Below are positions 12,050 to 24,301 of a DNA stretch of 64,000 bases, piece after piece. Origin of the DNA: Raja brachyura (taxonomy: Eukaryota); NCBI GenBank assembly GCA_963514005.1, contig OY740821.1:14880001-14944000 (forward strand). Direction: 5' to 3'. The notes under the pieces are model-generated. The model was not told the DNA's origin, ran no database searches, and saw only the letters and a list, made by a program, of their open reading frames with translations. The stretch's first letter is position 1; each line of letters opens with the position of its first letter. Position numbers and translations under genes: made by a program.

Positions 12050-12700
12050 CAGTCCGTGGATCAACATATCGGTGTAATTATGAGGAAGGCACGCCTCTAC
12101 TTTCTTTGAAGTTTAAGAGATTTGGCATGTCACTGAATACTCTAATAAGCCTCTACAGATGCACTGTGGAAAGTTTCTTGACTGCTTCTATCATGGCCCG
12201 GTAGGAAAATTCCAATGCCCAGGAACGCACGAGGCTGCAGAGAGTAGTGGACCTAGCCCGGTTCATCATGGGCACAGCTCTCTCCACCATTGAAAGCATC
12301 TGCATGAGATGCTGCCTCAAGAAGAAGGCATCTATCATCAACAATCCCCGCCACTTACGCCATGCCCTCTTCTTACTGCTACTAGGAGATGCAGAAGCCT
12401 GAAGTCCTACACCACCAGTTTCAGGAACAACTATTTTATGTAAACCGACACACATAATCCTAATACTACTTCGGCCACGGAACACTACAGACCACTTCTT
12501 GCCCTAACATGGACTTGTTTTTATCAATGTGTTAGCACTCATATCCTGTTTTGTTATTGCAGTGATTTTTTTACAGTCTTGCAGAATTTATGTACCATTT
12601 ATGTTTTTGTGTGTGATCTGAGTCTATGTGCCTGTGAAAGATTGCCTTTGTATCTGCTCCTCACCATATTTATACATATGACAATAAACTTGACTTGACT
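12050..12700 (+). mobile_element. Rex1/Babar-like LINE 3' fragment
   Basis: LYFL.SLRRFGMS...LYRCTVESFLTASIMA...RLQRVV-type RT C-terminus; tail AATAAACTTGACTTGACT. Confidence 0.7.
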
Positions 12701-12817
12701 AAAGGGACTATTTATGTGATGTACAACTCCATGACTCCATATCTATCCCTCAACCAACACCATTAAAAATAATAATCTACTTATTATTGCATTGCTGATC
12801 GGGGGGACAAATTGGCT

Positions 12818-12972
12818 TCTTCTTCTTCTTCTTCTTCTTCTTCTGTCATGTGGCGTGCACAGCCTAAAGTTGTTGGACAACTTGTTCTATTTGATCTTTT
12901 GTTTGTGCACGTCGAGTTGATTGCATTAGTTGAAACAGGGCGGACCACGTGAAGGTTGCAATCTTCCACCCC
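12818..12972 (-). mobile_element. Ribozyme-headed short retroposon, copy 3
   Basis: TSD ACAAATTGGCT at 12807-12817 and 12974-12984. About 9 GAA repeats as tail. One extra nucleotide at 12973. Confidence 0.92.
12919..12972 (-). ncRNA. Minimal HDV-like ribozyme (predicted), copy 3
   Basis: Reverse complement reads GGGGUGG-AA-GAUUGCA-ACC-UUCACGU-GGU-CCGCCCU-GU-UUCAA-CUAA-UGCAAUC. Candidate catalytic C at 12929. Confidence 0.82.
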
Positions 12973-13494
12973 TACAAATTGGCTGCTACATTTCCTATAT
13001 CCCACTGACTTCAGTTCAGATGTATTTCATTGTTTGTACAGGTCTGGGCGTGCACTGAGAGGTGCTATAGAAATGCACATTTGTCTTTCTAGTTATTAAT
13101 ATTTTTTTGATTCTGTATTGTTTGATTGGAAATGCTGTTAAATAAAGTAGTTGTTAAGAGGAAAGAATGTTAGGAAAGAATGCCTTAATGCCTTCTGCAT
13201 GTGTTATGAATTAAAACAGAAAAAACAATGTTGCATTGATCTTATATTAGCTATTGGCTAGGCTATGGCAATATACTAATTGAATCAGTTTATGCGGAAA
13301 GTCAATGTATAACGGCACTGCGGTGCAGCTAGTAGAGCTGCTGCCTCACAGCACCAGAGATCCAGATTTGATCCTGACTTTGGGTGTTGTCTGTGTGGAG
13401 TTTGCATGTTCTTCCTGTGACCGAGCAGGTTTCCTCTGTGTGCTTCAGTTTCCTCCCACATCATAAAGACGTGCTGGTTTAGTTGGCCTCTCTT

Positions 13495-14005
13495 TGTTTT
13501 CGAGATCTCTGTCTCCATCTCAGAAGACAAACTGTCCACCAATATTTTCTATAAAATACTGCGGACACCTACTGCTACCTTGATGACTCCTTCTCACACC
13601 CTGTCTCCTGCAAGAATGCCATCCCTTTTTCTCAGTTTCTCCATCTCCACCAAAGCAGTTTTCAAGATGAGGTTTTCTGTTCATGGTCCTCTGAATTGTC
13701 CTCCTTAGCCAATGCCTCCTATCACCAACCAGCCATTGTCTCTAGCCTTCCTCATTCTCAACCCGACCTGGCTCCATCTGCCCATTATCTCATCCTATAA
13801 TGGTTTCACCTCTCACCTACAAGTCTCTGGCTCACCCCTCTCTCTCATTCTATATACTAGCTTTCTTCCATCTACACTCTTAGTAGGGTCTCAAACTGAA
13901 ACGTCAACCATCCCTTTGCCTCCACAGATTCTGCTTGACCCAGCAGTTCATACAGCAGTTGATTTTTTGCACCCGATTTCAGCATCTGCAGTCTCTTGTG
14001 TCCCA
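13495..14005 (+). mobile_element. Degenerate Penelope-like fragment (RT C-terminus plus terminal repeat)
   Basis: SHPVSCKNAIPFSQFL-like segment, followed by a decayed hammerhead and terminal repeat (GGGTCTCAAACTGAAACGTC ... AGCATCTGCAGTCTC). Confidence 0.6.
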
Positions 14006-14009
14006 CAAG

Positions 14010-14990
14010 TTAAGATATTGCAGTATCTCATAGGTAACATGGGAAGAGAATTGTACTAAATGAGACCATGGAGGATGCATTCGATGTATTACAAGAAAAT
14101 TGCAATCTGTCTAGAAATGAAGAAGTGGATCATTACTGGTTCTTCATACACAAACAGGAGAAGGGAGAATCCTTTGCCACTTTCTCAAATGAGGTAAAAC
14201 TGTTAGCATATAATAGAGGTTTTGCAGATTTGAAGGAGATGGGATTATTTGTGCAACCCAGGAGTGCAGCCCAAGGGAATACCCATTGCACAGGAAGGAG
14301 ATAACTCTAGAAAACTACTTGCAGACTGACAAAGCTGCAGAACTATCGAAACAAGGCTAGAAATGTTGGGAGACCGACAGAAGGAAGTATGGGCAATGTG
14401 TCAAAAGGCAGAACAAAATATGGGTTGGATGTTGCAAGTTTTGTGTATAGCAACATGAGTGGCTAAGAAAGAAATGGCCTGAATCTGGGGAAAGGTGTGC
14501 ACTATATGGATTGGAAAACCATTTCTACAAATGGTGAAAGATGTAGACATCATCAAAAGTCAACGGAAAGGTCAAGATGAACGGTGTGAGGACAGGGCCA
14601 GATTCAGAGTGCCAGATGAAAACAATGTACCTGGTGCCAAACAAGGTCAATTTTGTGGAAAGAACTTCAGCTAGATCAAGAATCGAGAAAGCTGCAGTAT
14701 TACAGTATATGGATTTCATTGCAGTGGACTATAAAGACATCACAGCTTGTACTTGGAAGCATTACAGCACAGCAGATGGCATTGATAAAGGTACACAATG
14801 ACAGGATCATGAAGACTGCTTCAACACAAGCAATTACTTCAGCTGTGGAACTCACAGATGAATATGCAGATATTACTCATGGCCAAGTGAGACCAGAAGT
14901 ATATGAAGGTGCAGGAAGACAACTAGAAGTGATTGAAAAAAAGACTCTTCTGCTCTGCCACAGCTAATGCTGAAGGTAGTGAGGATGAAA
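14010..14990 (+). mobile_element. Decayed Gypsy-type LTR retrotransposon gag relic
   Basis: LQYLIGNMGRELY, NCNLSRNEEVDHYWFFIHKQEKGESFATFSNEVKLLA, and a degenerate zinc knuckle (CKFCV.QH...GERCA...LENHF). Stops and frameshifts; no LTRs recognised. Confidence 0.65.
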
Positions 14991-16399
14991 CCATATTAGA
15001 TAAACGCCTGGCATTGTTGAAGTTAGTGGTAGCTCAACACACACCATGGCCTGATCATGACAGAGGAGGGTGTCCTGTGTCGGAGTTTTAGGAGGGTACA
15101 CCATCCCACGTTTTATGCTAAATTGACAAGCACAAGAACTGGAGCAGTGATTTTGGATGTTTGTTTTGTTTTCCACTATTATAGAAGGGAAATAATATAA
15201 ATGTCATATGTAATATTGATTGTACCAATTTAAGAATTGTACTATGTGACCAACTACTCTCTGTGTACACATTATAAAAAATGTTTTAGACAAAATGTTC
15301 CAAAGAATCTCTGCTGGTAGAAGCTACGCCATTTACATAGACTTAGAAAGATATCAAAACAGGCCATTTGGCCCAACCAGTACATCCTGACTTTTATGCT
15401 GCACTAAAGCCTCCTGGTGTCATTCGCCATTGAATTTGTCTGTAACCCTCTAGTCCCTTCCCCCTCATGTGCTGGCCCTGTAAATTCACTTGAAGCACTC
15501 TGTGGGAGCAAGTTCCACATTCTCAACACTTTTTGAATAGTTTCCACAAGTGGAAAAGTTCTCTTTGGTTTTACTCTTAAAACCTTTTGTTGTTTTAAAA
15601 ACCTCTATTAGGTCACCTCTTAACTTATTTTTCTCCGGAAAAGGGAGAAGACAGGGAAGGCTAAGTTATTTTACTTAATACGGCATAACCAGCTGTCCTC
15701 TGTTATTCTGAAGGGGCTTTGAGCTGAATCTTCAACTCTCTTACCCTTTCCACAGATGCTTGCTCTTCTGCTATGTTTCCAGCACTTTTAGTTATTATTT
15801 CAAAATTCCAGCATCTGCAGTATTTTTGATACGCATATTCTCCATTATGTTATTGGGTGAAGGAGAGAAAGAGAGACAAACAGTTTTGGCATTGCAAAAT
15901 AGTTCACTGGCCACAACCTGCAAATCTTCATCCAACTGTTCCTTCTTAGAATTTAAATCCCACAGATGCTCTGAAATAAAACGGATACACGTGGAAAACA
16001 CTCAGCAGGTCAGGCAGCATCTGTGAAGAGAGAGTGAACGTTTCTGGTTGAAAACCCATCCTCAGGACTGGGAAAGAGAGAAACCAATTTAGTTTTCAAA
16101 TTTGTTTTCTCTTCCCCAGTTCCAGCGACGAGGAGTCTCCGACTTGGAGCTACTCCGCTTCTCTCTCCACGGGTGCTGCCTGACCTGCTGAGTGTTTCCA
16201 GCATTTTCTGTTGTTATTTTTGGTACATTGCTTTGTTCTGCCAAAACCCACGATCGCAGTCAGTTGCGAACCTGAGAACATGAGCTAATAGCAATTAACT
16301 GATGAATCGCTGGGTCTGTTGTCTATTGTTACTAAAGCAAATGTCACCCAGGGGATGCGGGTATTGCTAGTGCGGTCCAACCCTGAAAACCCGGGTGAA

Positions 16400-17080
16400 A
16401 CTGACACGGGAGTTCTTGAGATCGCGCGGGAAATTCACACGTGGACGACGTCAACACGCAGGCAATTTCGAAAGGGTGGGGGGGTCAATGGAGGGGAAAA
16501 GAAATAATAAATGTTTATATATATGTATATGTTAGTACCGGAAGCAGAGGCGTGGAGCTCGGGGGTGGCATTGTTGATTGAGATGTTCGGGAAGAGGCGC
16601 TCGGACTTGGGTGGTGATTTATTTGGGAGGTGGGTTTGGAAGAAAGGAGGGTGGGAGGGAGGAGGGGGGGGGGGGGGTGGTAGTGGCAAGGAGATAAAAG
16701 GCAGGGCTTGGTTGCAAACGCGCACACGTCCGGGCTTTGAGGTCGGCGCAGATGTGCGCGGGTTCGAGAATGTGGCAAGAGATTAGCAGAGGGTGGCCCC
16801 TGGAGCCAGCGAGGACGCGGGTGGCACGGAGCAGAGCGGAGCAACGGATGAGCAGCGGCCCCGGTTCATGTCTTTTTTCTCTCCGTTAGACAGTCGTGCA
16901 CAATGGGAGGTGCGGAGACAATAGCACCGGCTATTTCCTAACGCAGCGCGGAATCTGGGAATTCTGCTGCCGGTTTAGTATTTGGCCGCATATATTTTAT
17001 TATCCAGCGATCAATAATCGACTACTTTACATTTTTTTGTGTTTTTTTTTTGCATACGACTTAGTGCAAACACCAGATGT
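16400..17080 (+). promoter_or_regulatory. CpG-rich MARCHF9 promoter / 5' UTR region
   Basis: High CpG density relative to the flanks. E2F-like GCGCGGGAAA at 16424, E-box CACGTG at 16438, CRE-like GACGTCA at 16447, G-tracts at 16650-16680. TSS not determinable. Confidence 0.6.
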
Positions 17081-17082
17081 AA

Positions 17083-17475
17083 ATGATGTTCAAGTATCAC
17101 ATCCGCATGGTTTGCAATGACCTGAAGGTGCTGGTTTTGATGAGATCTTTCGCGATGCAGAGGAGCGAGCAAGATTTGGAGACGGGCCGGAGAAGGGGAG
17201 GAGGTGGAAGAGGAGGAGGAGAAGAAGAGGGAGGGGGAGCAGGAGGGGGAGGACGGCTGGCCAGATTGGGATGCGGCTGGCCTCCCTTTCCCAATTGCTC
17301 GTCCCGGTCCGACGAGGATTGTTACGGGTCGAACGGTGCCGGGGCTGGAGAAGGATACGACGACAAGGAGAGGAATGGTGCGCTCCAAACCGGCATGGAC
17401 TCCGTGTCCCTGAGCAGCAGCGAGAGTGGAATGAGGAGCCCTCTGTGCAGAATCTGTTTCCAGGGACCAGACCAG
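17083..17475 (+). CDS. MARCHF9: MARCHF9 coding exon 1 (N-terminus and start of RING-CH)
   Basis: MMFKYHIRMVCNDLKVLVL...GCGWPPF...SLSSSESGMRSPLCRICFQGPDQ resembles recalled human MARCHF9 (MLKSRLRMFLNELKLLVL...GCGWAPF...CRICFQGPEQ). GT donor at 17476, phase 0. The start could be 17083 or 17086. Confidence 0.93.
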
Positions 17476-18329
17476 GTACAGCGAGGAGAAATGCTGAGAT
17501 ACCACATTCTGCTCACATATTCCTATCATTCTCAGCATAGCTACTGCATCTAACGCTCAGAGTTGTTAACAGAAGACTGAAATAACAAAGCTTGGGCATT
17601 ATTTTGCAAACGGTTATTTGTTGCAGATCTGTATTAAGATGTTATTTATTCCCTCGTGCCTAGACTAAGGGGCTACATAAGATGCCCAGGAATTATTAAA
17701 GGATTCCTTGGTTTCTTCAGGCAAGGCTCCATTAAAATTAGAGTCGGGGGGCGGGGGGGGGGGGGGGGGGGGGGGTGATGTTAGGATGGACTTCACACAA
17801 AAGGGTGGTGGAAATTTGGGACTGTCCTCCCCATATATTAAAAAAAAGTCATTTAAAATGTAAAAACATATTTTTTTCATTGGATGGTAGCACTGAGGGA
17901 TATGGAGCAGGGGTGGAGAGATGGATTTAAGATGCACATCAGTCAAAATAGGAGAGGGAAGTAGGACCGAATGCCCCCCTCCTAAACCAGTATCATCACT
18001 ATTTTATAAAAGCATAGTGTTCATATCTTTTATAGATTACATATTAACATTCCATGGAAAGCAGGTTGAACTCTGAGAAAAGCGTTTGGTGCTTGCCTGC
18101 AATCAAAGGATGGTGTAAATGCACAGCAGGTTAAGCAGCATCTAAAATGAAAGATCAGGCATGCCTTTAATGGATAATGATGTGCCAGGGTTGGGGAGAT
18201 CCTTTTACAGGGAGGTCAAGAATTAGGTGTGTAGAGGGATGGAGTAAGGGGAAAAGCTGTCTGAAGATTGGAGTGTCCAGGAGAGAAACTTGACGGCGAA
18301 GTTGTTGGCTGTTAACGATGGAAGGCAAT

Positions 18330-18720
18330 AGGCATTTTGTCCTTTATTGCTCAAACGTCTTGTTGCAATAGTACAGGGCTTTAGTGAGACCATATCTGGT
18401 GGACTGTGCTGTTTTGGTCTCCAGATGCAAGGAAGGATATACTGGCCTTGGTGTGTAGATTGACAAGATTGATTCCTGAGTTAAAGAGGTCATCCATTAG
18501 GAGAGACTGACTAAAATTGGCCATAATCATTGGGGTTTCAGAAGAATGAGAAGCAATCTCATTGAGACACCAGATTTTGGAAGGGATTTTACAGAATGGT
18601 TATTGACAGGCTGTTTTCCCCATGGCTGGAAAGTCTGCAACTGGAAGGAGGAGGGCATTGTCTCAGACTAAGGGGTCACTCATTCGGCAATGAGAATGAT
18701 AAATTCTTTCCTTCAGAGCT
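18330..18720 (+). mobile_element. Old CR1 ORF2 3' fragment
   Basis: Degenerate YRALVRPYL...FWSP and RRMRSNLIE similarity to the CR1 C-terminus. Confidence 0.65.
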
Positions 18721-20593
18721 GGGGATTCTTAACAGTACTTCCACACAGAGGAGAGGTTTGCTTGGGTATAACATTGACCTGAAACCAACCCAAACATGGG
18801 CAAGCTGAACCTGAACTTGGCCAGCACATGAGGGCATAATCTGAACCAAATGTGTATAGTTGGGTAATGCGGGGTTTAGGTTGGGAGGGTCTAGAAGGAA
18901 GGGTGGTCGCTGTACTGGCACAGGGCTTCACCTTGGGTTTCACTTTCGGCAGTGCCCTTGCCTGTCTGACTAACTTGGTTTCTTCATGCTCTTGCATACC
19001 AGTTCAGAGAGCGCCCTACCTCAATATGTACACACACACACACACACACCCACACATATATATATGCCACCACCTTATAGTGAAGTTAAACAGTGACAGT
19101 TTGCCTGTCCCGCTGAGTTACTCCTGGATTTTGTGTCTATCTTTGGTGTAAACCAACATCTGCAGTTCCTTCCAACACAGTGACAGTTTTTAGTTTGGTT
19201 GTAAATCTGACCTGAACACAAGGATTTTTCATTTTCTTCAAAGCTGACCCAAACTTTGGGCCCCATTGTGCTTGGATCAAATAGCCAGAAAAAGGGCTCC
19301 AGATGCTCAGTTACTGAATACCAATTAAAATCGATAGATTTTTGGACACAAAGGGAATTGGGGATATGGGGATCAGAGAGAAAATGGATGAAGTAGAGGA
19401 TCAGCTGATATCTTATTGAAAGGCACGAGGGGCTAAATGGCGGAAATCTGTATTTTATTTTGATGAAGGCTGTTCAAGAGGCAGATCAGGTCCTGTCCCC
19501 TGAAGGGGTGTTGAGACACTGCCTAATTTAAAAAAAAACAAGTTTGATTACATTTCAGCGAAATTATATGAAATATACTGACTGTTTCTGCCTGGTGAGT
19601 TAACATATTTTGCGATGATTCTATCATTATTAATACCTCACTTTGATTGTTCACCATGTACATGGACGGTTAGAAAATGAATTAAAACTGATTTCAGTGC
19701 TGCAATTATCATTATGAAGTTTAGCTGATGGTTCTAATCCCCTGGAATTTTGCTCTTTGTTTATGAGTTGCATTTGCTGCTTAGTAATGGTGCCCCATAT
19801 GGAGGTGGGGGGGGTGAGGCAATTTTAACTTAATCACCAAAGGGCAAATCCACGGGATTAGGTGAAATACAGATTTTACTACTCTGTCCCTTGTGGAGAG
19901 TGAAATTGGACAGGGTGCAAACCCAGTGCTACACGCAATCAACTTCCGACGGGCAATTACTTGGGCAAAATCTGTACGTCTCACAGACGTGAGACATCTG
20001 CCTCTTGGTTTACAGGTGAGCTGGGACATTCAGTGATGCCCAGCTACCCGGCCTGTGGTTGCACTCTCATTCTCAATAACTCGTGTAACCTGAGGACCAG
20101 TGATTATTCTGATGCTGGGACAAGATATCCTCTTTGGTTATTGTCTGTTAGTGACGTTAGTAAACATGGTGGGCAGATTTCCTGCGGTTGCTATTTCCAG
20201 CAAAGTTGGAGGTGTAGTTTAAATGCAAGGGTGAAAGCTTGACCTGAGTGTCGGCTGAATGGGGATTTCTTTGTCAGATTTCATTTTATGGGTAACAGCA
20301 TGCTCAGCAATGGTAAATAGTAATGTTTGATTCTGTTTGAGGTGAAGCGGGGGCAAGGTTTTGTCAACTTTATCATTAATGTGAACTTGATGGTAGATCT
20401 CGGCTGGGAGAAATGCATACACTACAAATAGCAGTCTTGACATTAGCATGTTTTTGTTTCTGCATTAATTGACAGGATGTGGCTTTCACTGGCTAGGCCC
20501 CACATTGTTCCTTGCACTGAGTGGTTTGCTGGGCCAGTGCACAGTCAAGCTCTTTGCAATGTGACTGGAGTTACACATAGACCCAGACTCGGT

Positions 20594-21185
20594 AAAGGGG
20601 TTGTCCCACTGCGGCAACCTAATCCGCGAGTTAAGAGTGTCTTCGACCTTTAAGCTCGAGGGCACTCGCCTGGAAAACCTCAAGCTGGATCGACCATCCG
20701 GGTTGATACCGCGAGCTGGATCGACCGACCGCACACACACACACAATCACATCGCAAAGGCTGGGGCCAGGGAAAGCGGGGGAGCGCTGTCTGAAATTCA
20801 CACCCGCGATGAAGAGGAAGGTTAAAGACGGCTGCACAGTGTAAGGTAAGTCCTTTAGAGAGGGGGGAGGAGAAGGAGTGGAGACACTTTTAAGAAGTAT
20901 AATAAAGTTTAGCGGGCATTTTATCTACCGGTCAGTTTTCCCTGGTCCTGCCAACTCCAATAAGCCAATCAAAATGCACGGTCAGTGAAGGAGATTGCCT
21001 AAGGCTGCCCACGACTGCCTGTAATTAAATAGCGACCCCACTCCATTGCACTATGAGTTAAAAAGAACCATGCCGACCAAATTTTACTCACGGAAAATTT
21101 TTCAACATGCTGAAAAGTTTTCCGCGACCTAGCTGAGGCCGCGAGTATTCGGGAACTTCCCTCGAGCATGAAGGAGAGTTCCACT
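20594..21185. mobile_element. Non-autonomous DNA transposon fragment (Harbinger-like), left end
   Basis: Starts TAA-AGGGGTTGTCCCACT. CpG-rich. Shares the TTCAACATG.TGAAAA motif with 31215-31456. Confidence 0.5.
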
Positions 21186-22229
21186 GACTCAGGCCTCCTC
21201 CCACATCCCAAAGATGGACAGGCTGGTAGGTGATCAGTTATTATAGTAAGAGAATGTAATAATCTCCAGTAATTTGACAACTGCGCCAAGTGGTTCAAGC
21301 TCCAGTCTCGTGACTCAAGCGAAAAAACTAGGCTGTCACTTCAGCACATGCCATCTTAAGGCTAACGTGTTTAACTCAAAGCACCTTCTGCCCACTTTTG
21401 TAGATGAAAAATATACCACAATCACCATTTCAGAGAAGCGTGGGAAGGTTTCCCTGACAGTGTCCTGGGCAATATTTATCCCTGAACCAATATCTACTCA
21501 TTTCTGTTTCTGGGAACTTGCTGTGCACAGACTGTGACAATAGTGACTGTACTTCAAACTGTGTAAAGCTTACTAAGACTGTGGAAGGCGCTATAGAAAT
21601 ACATGTCTCTTCTGAAGATTGTTGTGAGGAACAAAAAAAGCATTTTATTCTATTATGTTCGACCTATTTGCACTGTGTGAGTGGATTAAGACAACATGCA
21701 GCTCTTTTCTTGAAGATTTGGAATAAGTCAAATTTGGGTTTGGAAACAAATGAATCCATTTATGTCTAATTGTACAGAAGTTGGACCATCCTATTGAACT
21801 CTGCTGAAAGTGAATCTGTACATTTTGCTTCTTCGGTTTAGAGAAATTTGAATTTCTTATCACCTGCAGTAGACTTTACCAGCAGCATACTCCGAGAACC
21901 ATATCTCAGTACAGCAGAGGAAGGAGCTTTGCAGCTTATCATGTCTGTGTTGCCCAGAGATTTGCAAATATTTCCTTTTAATATTATAGGATTGGCAGTT
22001 GTAATAAAATGGCTGCTAAACTGTTTCCTGCCACCCCCTTCAACTTAGCCCCACAGTTGCATTTTGGCTCATACAACCATGAGGTTAGAAATAGAGGAGT
22101 GTACAGATCTCAAAGGACTAACACTGGAGATGGGTACACAGGGAGAGATAATGCCATGGAGGGATTGAAAATGTCCAGGGTTGGAGTGTTTAATGAAGAT
22201 CTACAAATAGTCAGCAGGTATTAGAAGAA

Positions 22230-22950
22230 CAAATATGCCAGGAGATTCCAGGGAGCTGCGAGATGAATAAGGTTGTCATGTTAGGGGATTTTAACTTTCC
22301 AATGTAGATTAGGACTGTCATAGTGCCATGGGTTTAGATGGGTGGAATTTGCCACATGTGTTCAGGAAAGTTTCCTCAGGCAATGTGTAGAGGGCCCTAC
22401 AAGGGAGAGGGCAAAGCTTGAACTACTTATAGGAAATTGGGAGGGGCAAGTGACTGAAGTGTCCGTGGCCAGCCCATTTGGCAGCAGCGACCACTGTTCT
22501 ATTAGCTTTAAAATAGTCACGGATAAAGACAAGGCAGGCCCACAAGTTAAAATTCTAAATTGAGGCAAGGCCAAGTTTGATGCTATTACACAGGAATTTG
22601 CTAACGTTGATAGGAGAAGGTTGTTTGTGGGCAAAGGAACAACCGGAAAGTCAAATGCTTTTAAAAGTGTGATGACAGGAGTTCAAGGCATGCAAGTTCC
22701 TGTTTGAGTGAAGGGCAAGGCAGGTAGGGGGGAGTAAGGAAGCTTGAACAATGAGAGAAATTGAGGCTCTGGTCTGGAAAAAGGAGGGGACATGAGACTG
22801 GTATAGGCATAAGGGATCAAGCGTATCCCTGGAGGTTGTTTCGGGAACCAAGGGGCATACTTAAGAAGGAAATAAGAAGAGCAAAAAGGGGGCAGGAGGT
22901 AGCTCTGAAGGAAAATTCAAAGAAATGTTGAAAGTACATTAAGGGAAAGA
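22230..22950 (+). mobile_element. Degenerate CR1 endonuclease-region fragment
   Basis: GDFNFP, CVQESFLRQCVEGPTRERAKLELLIGN, GSSDHCSISFKI motifs. Confidence 0.8.
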
Positions 22951-23112
22951 GGGTAACATTTTGTTCCTCGTGTGACGGCGCCAGTGGGATAAATCACTCC
23001 TTGTCCCTGTGCAATAAATGAGGAGTTCAGTGGACACACCTACTCCTGTAGAATGAGCTTGAGAGGTTGAATGGCCTCTTCGTGTTCTTGTGCAAAACAA
23101 CTTACTTTCCAA

Positions 23113-24301
23113 GGTACACAAAATGCTGGAGAAACTCAGCGGGTGCAGCAGCATCTATGGAGCGAAGGAGATAGGCAACGTTTCGGGCCGAAACACTTCT
23201 TCAGACTGATGGGGGGTGGGGGGGAAAAAAGGAGGAGGAGCCCGAGGGCTGAGGGAGAGATAGGAAGGAGAGGAGACAGCAAGGGTTAACAGAATTGAGA
23301 GAATTCAATGTTCATGCCAAGAGGATGCAGACTCCCCAAGCGGAATATGAGGTGCTGTTCCTCCAATTTGCAGTGTTGCTCACTCTGGCCGTGGAGGAGG
23401 CCCAGGACAGAGAGGTCGGATACGGAATGGGAGGGGGAGCTGAAGTGCTGAGCCACCGGGAGGTCGGGTTGGTTATTGCGGACCGAGCGGAGGTGTTCGG
23501 CGAAACGATCGCCAAGCCTCCGCTTGGTCTCACCGATATAGATCAGCTGGCATCTAGAGCAGCGGATGCAGTAGATGAGGTTGGAGGAGGTGCAGGTGAA
23601 CCTCTGTCGGACCTGGAAGCACTGCTTGGGTCCTTGAAAGGAGTGGAGGGGGGAGGTAAAGGGACAAGTGTAGCATCTCTTGCGGTTGCAAGGGAAAGTG
23701 CCCGGGGAAGGGGTGGAGCTAAGGGAAGGGAAGAGTTGACAAGGGAGTTGCGGAGGGAGCAGTCTTTGCGGAAGGCAGACGGGGGGGGAGATGGGAAGAT
23801 GTGGCGAGTGGTGGGGTCACGTTGGAGGTGGTGAAACTGGCGGAGGATTATGTGTTGTATGTGCCGGCTGGTGGGGTGAAAGGTGAGGACCAGGGGGACT
23901 CTGCCCTTGTTGCGAGTGGGGGGGATGGGGAGAGAGGGCAGTGTTGCGAGGTACGGAGGAGACCCTGGTGCGAGCCTCAACTATAGTGGGGGAGGGGAAT
24001 CCCGGTTCTCTGAAGAATGAGGACATTTGTAATGCCCTGGTGTGGAACACCTCATCCTGGGAGCAGATGCGGCGTAGACGGAGGAATTGGGAATAGGGGA
24101 TGGAGTCTTTACAGGAAGCAGGGTGGGAGGAAGAGTAGTCCAGGTAACCATGGGAGTCAGTGGGTTTATAGTGGATGTCGGTCAGGAGTGTATCCCCTGC
24201 GATGGAGATGGTGAGGTCAAGGAATGGTAGAGAAGTGTCGGAAATGGTCCAGGTGTATTTGAGTGCCGGATGGAAGTTGATGTTGAAACAGATGAAGTCG
24301 G
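23113..24301 (-). mobile_element. Penelope-like element, 5'-truncated (RT C-terminus, GIY-YIG endonuclease, hammerhead-bearing terminal repeat)
   Basis: Minus strand: SLPFLDL...YKPTDSHGYLDYSSSHP...IPYSQFLRLRRICS; RVPLVLTFHP; LIYCIRCSRCQLIYIGETKRRLGDRFAEH (GIY-YIG type). Flanking repeat AACTTACTTT at about 23099 and 24310. The empty site is visible in the duplicate at about 26420. Confidence 0.9.
23173..23210 (-). ncRNA. Minimal hammerhead core at the 3' end of the Penelope-like element
   Basis: Reverse complement AUCAGU-CUGAAGA-AGUGUUUCGGCCC-GAAACGUU-GCCU. Confidence 0.55.

Noticed and set aside
17011-17538. 175-aa antisense ORF and other ORFs overlapping MARCHF9 exon 1
   Set aside because: Low-complexity products of GC-rich, stop-poor sequence; no recognisable domain.
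17746-17775. Long G/C homopolymers (also at about 30590, 48525 and 49665) as poly-Pro/Gly coding segments
   Set aside because: Intronic or intergenic simple repeats with unreliable lengths and no splice context.
23295-23834. 179-aa plus-strand ORF
   Set aside because: Antisense shadow of the Penelope-like coding region; the same applies to 59202-59588.
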